The position numbers were made by a program, and so were the translations under genes. The notes under the pieces were generated by a model. That model was given only the letters and a program-made list of their open reading frames with translations, made no database searches and was not told the origin of the DNA. Positions 1-9,300 of a stretch of 64,000 nucleotides of DNA are shown in pieces. Numbering within the stretch: position 1 is the first letter of the stretch; each line of letters begins with the position of its first letter. Source of the stretch: an uncultured Bacteroidaceae bacterium (GTDB lineage Bacteria > Bacillota > Clostridia > Christensenellales > CAG-917); NCBI GenBank assembly GCA_964550635.1, contig CAZJZV010000003.1:105-64104 (forward strand), read 5' to 3'.

Positions 1-56
1 TCTCTCGTACTACTCCCTTAGCAGGGGAGCCCCTTCGGCCTCTTGGGTACTTCTCC
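1..56 (-). tRNA. tRNA-Ser(GCU), 5' portion only (3' part lies beyond the window start)
   Basis: The reverse complement of 1-56 reads GGAGAAG-TA-CCCAAGAGGCCGAAGGG-G-CTCCC-CTGCTAA-GGGAG-TAGTACGAGAGA. That gives a 7-nt acceptor arm, a 3-bp D stem with a long D loop, a 5-bp anticodon stem, a loop CU-GCU-AA, and the start of a long variable arm (class II tRNA). Confidence 0.85.
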
Positions 57-394
57 ATAGGCGAGGTGAAAAGCGGACTTATTCACATATAGCGTTGATA
101 TAATACCACAAACGACTCGGCATTGTCAATAAAATTAATTTGATTACTATCAAAAGATGGGAAGCGGATGCGGCGGAAGGTATGCGATGGTTTATGGATA
201 TGTAATAATGGTTTTGAATAGTGCTAAAAATCTGCCAAAAAAATTACACAAGTGTGTAAAAATGGTGGAGTTTTGTAAAGATTGTGTAAAAATTTTGGTT
301 TTTTCAAACTTTTTGTTGAAATTAGGTTGCGTTTATGGGGTGTATCTAATATCATTGTTTCAAGAAAATTACAGTAGGTACTAAGGAGTTTTTT

Positions 395-1480
395 ATGGGA
401 CGCAATTACAAAAGATGCGTTGGTAAAATTATCTCGGCATTCGTTTTGGTTTTTGTGGGCATTACCGCTATTCTATCCACCTCAATTGCAGGATTAAGCT
501 CTATATATACATGGGATTCCGGGCAGGGTGAAGTTGGCTCCTTTGACTTCCAAAATAAGACTACCTACATGAATCTTTTCCCTGAAGAAGACCTTATCTA
601 TCCCGGGGATAGCGGGAGTGCGGTATTCTCCCTTCCCAACTTCGCAGGATTTACGCCCGTATGGAGCGTATCCGAGACAAACGAGAGCAATATTCCCGTG
701 GTTATTTATATTGGCAACGTATATTATTCCAAGTACGATTTTGAAGACAGTGCATACATAAAAATAGCAGACGGCAGTTACGTATCTTGTGCGGATATAT
801 CCAATGACAAGACCACGTTGCTTACCAAAGTACAAGACGGGGCGGAAATAAACTGGATATGGCCGAATAAACTATATGAGTTAAGCGGAGAGAGTTACGT
901 GGAGAGTACTTCCACTGCCGCTACCGAATATATTGCACATAACACTACGTTATGTTCCGCCGTATACTCTTTTGACGAAGCCTTTGCGGATGCGTTGTCT
1001 GGTATTACGGTTGGCGGATTTGCGCATGCACCCAAGGCATACGTTACGTCTAATGAAGCCGCCGAAACGCAAACGGTATTAATGATAGACACCACCACGC
1101 CGATAAATTCCGATAACAAGATAACCTGCACGAACGGTTTGTATTATGCCAACGGAACGGCTATAACCCTTATACAGAACGGTGTTGCGGTTACCCCTGA
1201 TGCGGAGACCGCCATATCCAAGGATGATTATTATGCATTCCTTGTAACAGACAGTGGGACTCTTACCATAACCGCATTTATGAACGGATTAGGAGAAAGT
1301 TATGCGGATAGATACCGTGTTTCCATTGAGGCATACGGCATAACCGAAACCGATACGGAAAATGAATATACCCTTGCGGACGAGAATCCCAGATTCCGCA
1401 TAGTTAAGGTATACCCCACCGCAGACGGCAACAGAGCAACAATAAGTCTGAAATTCTCCGCCGTTGTTTCCACGGACTAA
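395..1480 (+). CDS. Secreted or membrane-anchored hypothetical protein (possible TasA/camelysin-like fold)
   Basis: 361-aa ORF with RBS AAGGAG 8 nt upstream. The N-terminus is basic, followed by a hydrophobic segment (KIISAFVLVFVGITAILSTSIAGL). After it, IYTWDSG..GSFDF..LIYPGDSGSAVFSLPNFAG loosely recalls the TW-AF-D / GTLDL / PGD..F.N.G order of SipW-dependent TasA/camelysin proteins. A terminator follows. Confidence 0.6.
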   Translation: MGRNYKRCVGKIISAFVLVFVGITAILSTSIAGLSSIYTWDSGQGEVGSFDFQNKTTYMNLFPEEDLIYPGDSGSAVFSLPNFAGFTPVWSVSETNESNIPVVIYIGNVYYSKYDFEDSAYIKIADGSYVSCADISNDKTTLLTKVQDGAEINWIWPNKLYELSGESYVESTSTAATEYIAHNTTLCSAVYSFDEAFADALSGITVGGFAHAPKAYVTSNEAAETQTVLMIDTTTPINSDNKITCTNGLYYANGTAITLIQNGVAVTPDAETAISKDDYYAFLVTDSGTLTITAFMNGLGESYADRYRVSIEAYGITETDTENEYTLADENPRFRIVKVYPTADGNRATISLKFSAVVSTD

Positions 1481-1506
1481 CCGAAAAACAAAACTAACGT
1501 ACATAG

Positions 1507-1540
1507 CAAAACAGACAACCGATTTGGTTGCCTGTTTTTG
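1507..1540. terminator. Bidirectional intrinsic terminator between convergent genes
   Basis: Stem CAGACAACC (1512-1520) pairs with GGTTGCCTG (1526-1534) with one mismatch. An A-run lies upstream and TTTTT downstream. It sits between the stops at 1480 (+) and 1552 (-). Confidence 0.7.
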
Positions 1541-1551
1541 TATTGTGCGGA

Positions 1552-3225
1552 TTAGGCGGGGTGTTTTTTGGAGTGGGTGGGTTTTAGCCACAGGGTGCCT
1601 TTGTTGATTGCGGTGAAGACGATTAAGATAATGGCAAGGATAAGTGCGGAGATGGTGCCGCCGCCTATTTGTGCAGAGAATATGGCGTCGACGTTTTCTT
1701 TTTCGAACACCGAATTTGCCAAAGAGCAAGTCACTGCGGAGCAGATTAGAGACGCGCAGATAAACAGCGCGACGAATGCCAAGGCGACGTGACTGAGTTT
1801 GGATTTTTTGTCGAGCATAGCAAGGCAGACGAACATGCCCAAGAACAGCAATGCAATCGGGACGACGAAGTATCCCAAAGCAAGTGCGCCCGAGTTCGTA
1901 TATCCGATTTCTGCGATGACAGCCTGCCCAATCACTGTTTCGTAGTAGTAGCCGTAGTATGGGCTGTAATAGTTGACGTATTCTTTCGGGTGCTCGAAGT
2001 GGAACGCGTCGGAGTCGCCTTCAAGATATCCGCCGTAATGCCCCGGATTAACGTACTCATAATAATCGCCGACAAGGTGGTGGAGATATTCAATTGTGTG
2101 TTCGGCATACACGTCGTAAACGCTGTCATTGCCAACCATCTCGTCCAATTCTTCGACGTCGGCGGCATCGAAGATAATTTGGATGGGTGCGGAATTGTTT
2201 ACGGGGAAGTAGAACGTATAGTTGGAGTCGTCGTATTCGACGTTAAACTCTGCGGAGATAGAAGGAGCGAAACAACAACCCGCTATGATGATGGAAAGGG
2301 ATACGGCGATGGCTTTCGGGATTATGAGTTTCAATTTGCCGTCTTTTTTGAGTTGCACGGCATTGGAAACGAGCATAACTACGAGTGCCAAACAGGCAAA
2401 GAAGATTGTTGCAATCAAACCGCCTGCGATTTCGAAAGTGCCGATAAGAGCCGATGAAGAATAGAAAATTGCCAATGCCAAGAACAGATACATTGGGAAT
2501 AGTATTGCGCAACTGAATTTGAACTCTTTTTTCAGAATTGCGAAAATTAGAGATATGACGGACAACACCAGCATCACCGACGAGAACAAAACGTTGATCA
2601 AGAGCATTGCCGCGGGGAAAGAGAAAGTGCTTTTCCCTGCGAAGTCTCCTTCAAGACTATATCGATATTCGAGTTCCAAAAAATAGATTTCTTTTTCTTG
2701 TTTTTTAAGAGCATTATAGACGGATTTTCTGATGACGCCACCGTTTTCAAACAGTGATTCGTTTTCCTCGTCGAGTTTTTCGTAGAGATCCGCCAATTTT
2801 TCTTCCGCTTCTTCCTCGTCGTAGTTTCTAGAAAAAGCAGGGAGCAGGGACATGACGTCCGTCGGGAATATGCTTACTTCCTCGTACGCAAATCTGTATT
2901 GCGGAATGGTATAAACGGGGCAGAATGCCAAGATGAACATCAAGGCACAGAATGCGACGATCAAAGCACGTTTGAAAATCGAGCGTTTATGCTCGTCTTT
3001 TGAAGCGGTGACCACTTTATCTTTGAAAGATTGATTGGTCGGGGTTGTTTCGGGTTCGCTGACTTCTTCCAAGATTATCTCTTCGTCGGGTTGCACTTCA
3101 ATGAGTTCTTCTTCTGGTTGAGTCGCTTGCTCTGTGGGGTGAACGGATTTGCCGCAGAACGGGCAGAAAGCGAATCCGCTAATAGTTGGTTTTCCGCAAT
3201 GCGGACAAACGGACATGTTATCCAT
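1552..3225 (-). CDS. Zinc-ribbon domain polytopic membrane protein, function unknown
   Basis: 557-aa ORF with RBS AAGGAGG. The N-terminus has CPHCGKPTISGFAFCPFCGK (CxxC..CxxC zinc ribbon), then an acidic Pro/Glu-rich linker, then many hydrophobic helices with a Tyr/Gly-rich loop between them. Confidence 0.75.
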   Translation of the reverse strand: MDNMSVCPHCGKPTISGFAFCPFCGKSVHPTEQATQPEEELIEVQPDEEIILEEVSEPETTPTNQSFKDKVVTASKDEHKRSIFKRALIVAFCALMFILAFCPVYTIPQYRFAYEEVSIFPTDVMSLLPAFSRNYDEEEAEEKLADLYEKLDEENESLFENGGVIRKSVYNALKKQEKEIYFLELEYRYSLEGDFAGKSTFSFPAAMLLINVLFSSVMLVLSVISLIFAILKKEFKFSCAILFPMYLFLALAIFYSSSALIGTFEIAGGLIATIFFACLALVVMLVSNAVQLKKDGKLKLIIPKAIAVSLSIIIAGCCFAPSISAEFNVEYDDSNYTFYFPVNNSAPIQIIFDAADVEELDEMVGNDSVYDVYAEHTIEYLHHLVGDYYEYVNPGHYGGYLEGDSDAFHFEHPKEYVNYYSPYYGYYYETVIGQAVIAEIGYTNSGALALGYFVVPIALLFLGMFVCLAMLDKKSKLSHVALAFVALFICASLICSAVTCSLANSVFEKENVDAIFSAQIGGGTISALILAIILIVFTAINKGTLWLKPTHSKKHPA

Positions 3226-3258
3226 AGTAATCCTCCTTAATGTATAATCACTAATATA

Positions 3259-3287
3259 ATTATAATACTATGCCATATAATAGTCAA
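3259..3287 (-). promoter_or_regulatory. Sigma-A type promoter for the zinc-ribbon membrane protein gene
   Basis: The minus strand reads TTGACT (3287-3282), a 17-nt spacer, then TATAAT (3264-3259). It lies about 30 nt upstream of the RBS/ATG at 3225. Confidence 0.6.
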
Positions 3288-3293
3288 CAGTGT

Positions 3294-3330
3294 ACAAAAA
3301 AATTGCATATACCGTGACGTATATGCAATT
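3294..3330 (-). terminator. Intrinsic terminator ending the ABC/giant-surface-protein operon
   Basis: A perfect 12-bp stem AATTGCATATAC (3301-3312) / GTATATGCAATT (3319-3330) with a 6-nt loop. On the minus strand it is followed by a T-run (the complement of the A-run at 3296-3300, which continues into A3301-3302 at the base of the stem). It lies 32 nt downstream of the stop at 3362. Confidence 0.85.
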
Positions 3331-3361
3331 TTATGTTTTTATTCGGTTTTGCCGGTTGTGG

Positions 3362-6300
3362 TTAGGACCAGACGGTGCCGTTGTAGGTGAAGGTTTTGGA
3401 GGTGGTTAGGGGGGTGGTGGAGTTGTCGGCGTTGACTAGGAGGGCAGTTTTGGCGATGGAGGCGGTTTCGTGGTATTCGGCATTGAGTTTGTTCCATATC
3501 TCCGTACCTGCGGATGCACCGTAGCCTTCGGACGTCGTTATGGACAGGACACTGTCGCTTGCGACGGTTACCGTTGCGCCGTTTTCGGCGTGGATTTCAC
3601 CGCCGAAGCCGGAGTAGTAGTAATCCGAAGAGAATAAACCACTGTCCTTTGTAGACTTTTGCAAATTCATGGTGCCCGCAAGGGTGAAGATAGCGTCTCC
3701 TTTGCCGTCGGGGTATGCTCTTATGCCAGAAAAGGGAATACTATCATTCCAGTCGCTATCCTTGTAGAAGGTGAGTTGAGAGTCAATTTTGTTCGACGTA
3801 TCAAGATTGAGTGTTGTGCCCGGGGCGATGTACAAAGACGAGCCGGGGAGGAATTTGAAACGGGACTTGACGGTGGCGGTGCCCGAAAGCAAGTTCAAAC
3901 TGTAACGATAGTTGACGGGGAAGAATACACCCGACGTGTCTATAGTCGTAGGCGTAAGGAAAACTGTCAGCGACATTGACAAGCTACCCGACGTGACGTC
4001 GCCGTGGATATTGAGAGTGGTTTTTCCGTTTTCGAGTCCGCCCGCGACGTAGATTTTTTCGATATAACCGCTCGTGAGATTAAGAAGCGCTTTCGACGTT
4101 GCAATCATTATTGCGGTCGTTGAGTTGTGTGAGCTATTTGCATATAAGTCTGCATATGCGACGACGCTACTTCCCGCATAGATGAGTTGACGGCATTGCA
4201 CGTTGGGCATTTCGTACTCGTTGAAAGGAGAGATTTTACCTTTGTCATAAGAACCGACCGTGGACGTGCCGCCTCTAAAGTCGATGATGGCGAAAGGTGC
4301 GTACATGGTCGCTCCGCTATTGATTGCGAGAGTGCCTTCGCCCTTGATATATCCGCGCACACCGACGTTTGAACCGCTATTGAGATTGATAATTCCGTTG
4401 TTGATGATTTGGCTATGGATTCCAGAGGTGTGCCCGTTCAAGTTTTGACCTTTCGCGCCGAGCATACCGCGGATGATGAGATTGCCGTTGACGTTTACGG
4501 TTACACCTTCCAAGACGGTGAGTTTATATTTGATATAAGAAGCGTCGTTGTCAACGTAGGTCTTTGCGCCTTCGCTATACGTGGGGGTTTTCGCATCGCC
4601 GGTATCGGCATCGTAGCCTGTGATGCTGAAGGTTACACCGCTTGCAAGGCTTGCGTTGCTTGCTATGAACGCATTTCCGAACAGGGTGATCGTTCCGCTC
4701 GTCACGAGAGAGAGCGCATCTTCGACGGTGTAGTGAGTGCCGCCGAAGTCCACGCTGTAGACCTTGAAGGTGACGACGGTTGATGCGGAAGAGTAGTTTG
4801 TGGTTTCGGGCAGGGACACGCGCACGCGGTAGACACCGCCGTCCACGACGTTTGTTTTGGATGCGGGGGAAGTGATTGCGTAGGCAAACGAACCGCCGTC
4901 CGTATTATTGTGGGTGAGATTTGAGCCGATAAGGCTTGTGTGGTTGATTACGCTACCCGTCCAATCGGTGCCGACGATACCGTTCCAAGTCGCGCTCGCG
5001 CTTTCGGTGGGGGAGATTGTTGCGGTCGCCTTTGCAAGGTTGATTTTGACGTTCACGTTGTAGGGCAGATAGTTGAGAGTATCCGCGCAGTAGGTTGCGG
5101 GATAGCCGACGCTATTCTTGTCGCAAGTGGGGGTGACGGTTGCATCTTGCCAAGTGAAAGCGGTGCCTTCGAGAGAGTAGTTTGCAAGGGTCGCGGTGGG
5201 GGAATAGGTGCCCGCCAGAGACAACTTCCCGAGAGCGACGTTTACGGCATCCGCGGAGTAGGTCGCCTTTTCTACGGTGAGAGTTTGCGCGTCTCCTATC
5301 GTCACGACGTAGTCGTTGAGAGTTGCGCAGGTCACGTTGTAGGTGTAGGAGCCGACGTTTGCGCCCTTGTAGTAATTCGTGGTGAAGTCGACTTTACCGT
5401 CAAGGATTGCGGTCGTATCGCCTGCGACTAGTCCCGTTGCGTTGTAGGTGAATGCGGGCACGTCGTCTCCGTACTTGATTGCGGAGTGGGAATTTGCGGT
5501 GAGAGTGAGAGCCGCTTTTGCGACGGACAGAGTCGCGGGAGAGTAGGCAAATTCGTAGTTGTCTGCGGTGAGCCCGCTCAAGGTCAAGGGGAGATTGCCC
5601 GCTTGTTTTTTGGTGATATAGGGGCAGGAAACGGAGAGCGTACCGCCGATGACGGATTCGCCGTCCGACTTCTTGAATCCGCTATAACTCACGGTGAAAG
5701 ACGGGAAGTCGTCGCCGTAGGTTATTTGAAGAGTATCGTTCAAAGTGACGGTTAAAGTTGCTTTTTTAATTGTTACAACACCGCTTTGTGTCGTAACCGC
5801 ATATTTTGCGTTGCCGTCGTCGATTGCGTTTATCGTGTGGTTTCCGACGTTTTCGGACGGGAGCGACGAGAAGGATACGGCAAGCGTATCACCGCTCACA
5901 ACACTGCCCGAAGTCACTTCGTAGGAAAGGGTGATTTGGTCGCCGTAAGTCACGGTCAAGTCCTTTGCCTTAACAGTGATAGGACGCGCGGCCAAGGTCA
6001 TCTTGACGGCGTTTGTCGCAACGGTATAGTTTCCGCTCGTGACGGTCGCGGTTGTGGAATACTCTTTGAGAGCGTCCGCATTCGTTGCGGTGTAGCCGAC
6101 GGGCAGGACGGTGATGAATTGTCTTGCGTTTTCGTCGTCAATCGTGTAGCCCGAATACGCCGCCGCTCTGTCACCGTACACAGTTGTGTAATTTCCGCCG
6201 GATACGTTGACGGACTTGGGGTTGACGGTGAGAGTGCCGTTCACGGTCGTAACTTCGTAGTTGGAATTTTCGGTGTAGGTCACCGAAAGAGGATAGGAGC

Positions 6301-9300
6301 CTGCATTCGAATTTGCCGCGGGCATAGCGACGGAGATTGCAAGCACGTTAGCCGTTTCGTCCGCGGGCAAAATGCCGTCTCCGCCAACGGTGTAGGTCTC
6401 GTCAACCGTGAATGCGCTTCCGTAAGTGGCGGAGAGATTTTTGGCGGTCAGGGTGACCTTTCTCGCCTTGATCACGAAATTGAAACTGCCTTGATATGGC
6501 GTCTTGCCTTCTTCTTCAAGGGTGTAGTTTATCGTGTAGGTGCCTGCGTTCACGAACGTGGGTATGTTGGCGGTCGTCGTGCCGTTATATGAGTAAGTCG
6601 CGGTGACGTCGGGAGCGGCGGTGACGGTCGCGCCGTGGGCCGCTCCGTCGTAAACGTGGGTGAGATTGGTGACGGTGTGGTCGATCGGGATCTCTTTGAC
6701 AACTACGTTGAGAATGTAATCGAAGACGTAGAGATTGCTCACGTCGGTGCCGTCTTTGTTGACTGCTTTCAGGTCGGACGCCGTGAAGTCGTCCGCACTG
6801 TCGTAAGTGCCGATTTCCGCGGATTTTGTGGAAATCGTACCGCTGAATACGTCCCCTGCGAACGCTCCGCTCACGTACGCGGTGATGCTGAACGAGTAGG
6901 GATTTTCGGTCTTTGCAACGTTGGTGTTTTCGTGGGTGATAGTAGCGGTGCGCGCGGTCAAAGTTATATTTCCGTCCTCAAACGTGAAAGCATAGTTTTT
7001 GTTCGTCATCGACACCGAAAGGGTGGCGTTTTGGCAGTCCCCCGCCGTGTAGTCGGTCGTGTAAGTCGGGGTGGGATTGTCGCCGTTCACAAACTCGCCG
7101 CTCGTGACGGTGTAGGTGAGTGCGGAGAAATCGAGAGCATTGCCGTAGACGACTTGCGTATCGTCCGCTTTCACGGTGATAGCGCGTTTTTCGACGGTCA
7201 GTGTGCCTTTCACAACCGTCAAATCGTAGTTGCCGTCGGAGATAGTGGCGGTTATGTCGTAGTCGCCCGTTTCGCTTGCGGAAGTGTATTCGCAAGAGTA
7301 GGTGACGGCGGGAGTGTACGCGTCGTCCGCATATGCGGAAGTAAACGCGGGAATTTCGTCACCGTAGGTGACGGATTTGTCGTCTATCGTCAGAGTGATG
7401 GAACGTTTTGAAACGGTAAGGGTGCTTTCGCCCGCGGAAAGCGTATAGTTGTCTACTCCGTCCGCAAGGGATGCGCCTACCGCGTAGTCCCCGCCGATTG
7501 CAAGGGCGGTGAAGGTTTCTCCCGATTTGTAGACTATAGTTTCGCCTTTTGCGATATAGAGATAGGCAACGTCCGCGAAGTCGTCCGCTTCGTAGAGTCC
7601 CGACGCGGTGTAGTTGAATACGGGGGCATCGCCGTATACCGCGGTGATTGCGTTGATAGCGACGGTGAGCGTCGCGGGGTTGACGGTCAGGAGACTATCG
7701 TTTGCGCTCACTTCGTAGTTGAGATAAGCACCGTGCGTATCGTTTTCAAGAGCGGGGGTGATTGAATAGTCGCCCACGTCGTCGCCGATTGCGTAGTCCG
7801 TCGTGAGTTTGACGGAAAGAGAATCGTAAGTCGTGCCGACGATTTGATATTTCGTGCCGTCAAGCGCAAATGCCGTATCGCCGTAGGTCGCGGATTGCGC
7901 AAGGGCGGTGAGGGAGATTTTCGCTTTCGCTATGGACACGTCGAAACTTCCGCTCGCTTCATTATGGTTTGCGCGCGCGATTTTATAGTATACCACGTAG
8001 TCACCCGCGTTTCTCAATGATAGCGTAGTGCTATACGTGCCGTCTAATGCGGTCGAATAGGTCACACCGCTTTCGCTTGCCAATGATTCGGGGATAACGC
8101 TATGCGCCGTGCCGTCGTATGCAAGATTGAGTTTTGCGGGTGCGACGTAGTCTATATCCGCTTTGTCAATCGCGATTGCGGTTGTGAAAGAAACCGCATA
8201 GTTTTGAAGGACGTCGTTTGAATTTTCGTCGACAATCGAAAGAGTTTTTTCGACGTCGCTATCCGAGTAGTCACCCGCGGATGCGGACTTCGTCGAGAGA
8301 AAAAGGGACAGGACGTGTCCTGCAATCAATCCGTCGAAATCGCTTGTCGCATAGGTTTTCGTGAATGCGTTTCCGTCGTAGGTCTTGCTTCCGCCAAGGG
8401 TGGATTTCGCGGTCACGGCTTTCTTGCCGACAATGATTTTCGCGGTGATACCTTGGTCGGTTTCGCCCTTGATTTCGTAGTTGTCCGCGGTGAGTCCGCT
8501 TGCGGACACGGGGTATTCGCCGACAGGGGACAACGCCACGTAACTCGTGCTAAACGAGAGTGCCGTAGAGTTTATAACGCTTTCGTCGTCATCGTAGACA
8601 AAACCGTTGAAAGCGAAGTCGATTTCGGGAAGATTGTCGCCGTAAACAATGTTTATATTCTCAAAACTTGCATATAAAACTGCTTTTGTGATGATTATCG
8701 GCGTGACGGCGGAGGATTTGTTGCTCGTCAAAACACCGTCCGTAGCAACCGCTTCACAACGCACGGAATGGTTGCCCGCGGGAAGATCGGATACGGTGAT
8801 TTCATTGCCTTCACCGATTTTTTCGTCGCCGATATACCAAGTGAAAACGTAGGACACACCGTCGTAGTCGTCAGTGACGGTAGCATTAAGAGTTACGCCG
8901 TCGCCGTAGGTCGCGGTGAAAGATTTGTCGCCCGCGTCGGTCACTGCGGGGACGGACGGAGCAATCAACGAGTAGGTCGCAAAATAGGTTTCGTTTGCGC
9001 TTATCGTCGCACCGCTTTCAAACGCTTTGCCGTTTGCGGTTTTCCAACCGATGAAAGTGTAGCCGTCCTTTTCGGCAGGGTTTGACGGAGGAGCGATGAG
9101 GTCGCCGTCCCCGCCTTCAATCGTCTTGACGACGGTGTCGCCGTCTTGGAATTTCACGGTGTAGGAGGTGTTTCCTATGCGCGCGTAGATTGTCGTTTCT
9201 TCGGTCACGACAAGGTCGGTCAGGTCGGTTTGCCAACCAAGAAAACGCATGTCTTTTTCAAGCTTGCTCGCAATGGTTTCTTCGCTTGGCGGAGTCACGA

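Noticed and set aside
157-384. 75-aa ORF between the tRNA and the first CDS
   Set aside because: It has no RBS and an odd Cys/Lys/Val-rich composition. It spans the repeated TGTGTAAAAAT motifs and the likely promoter region of the 395 gene.
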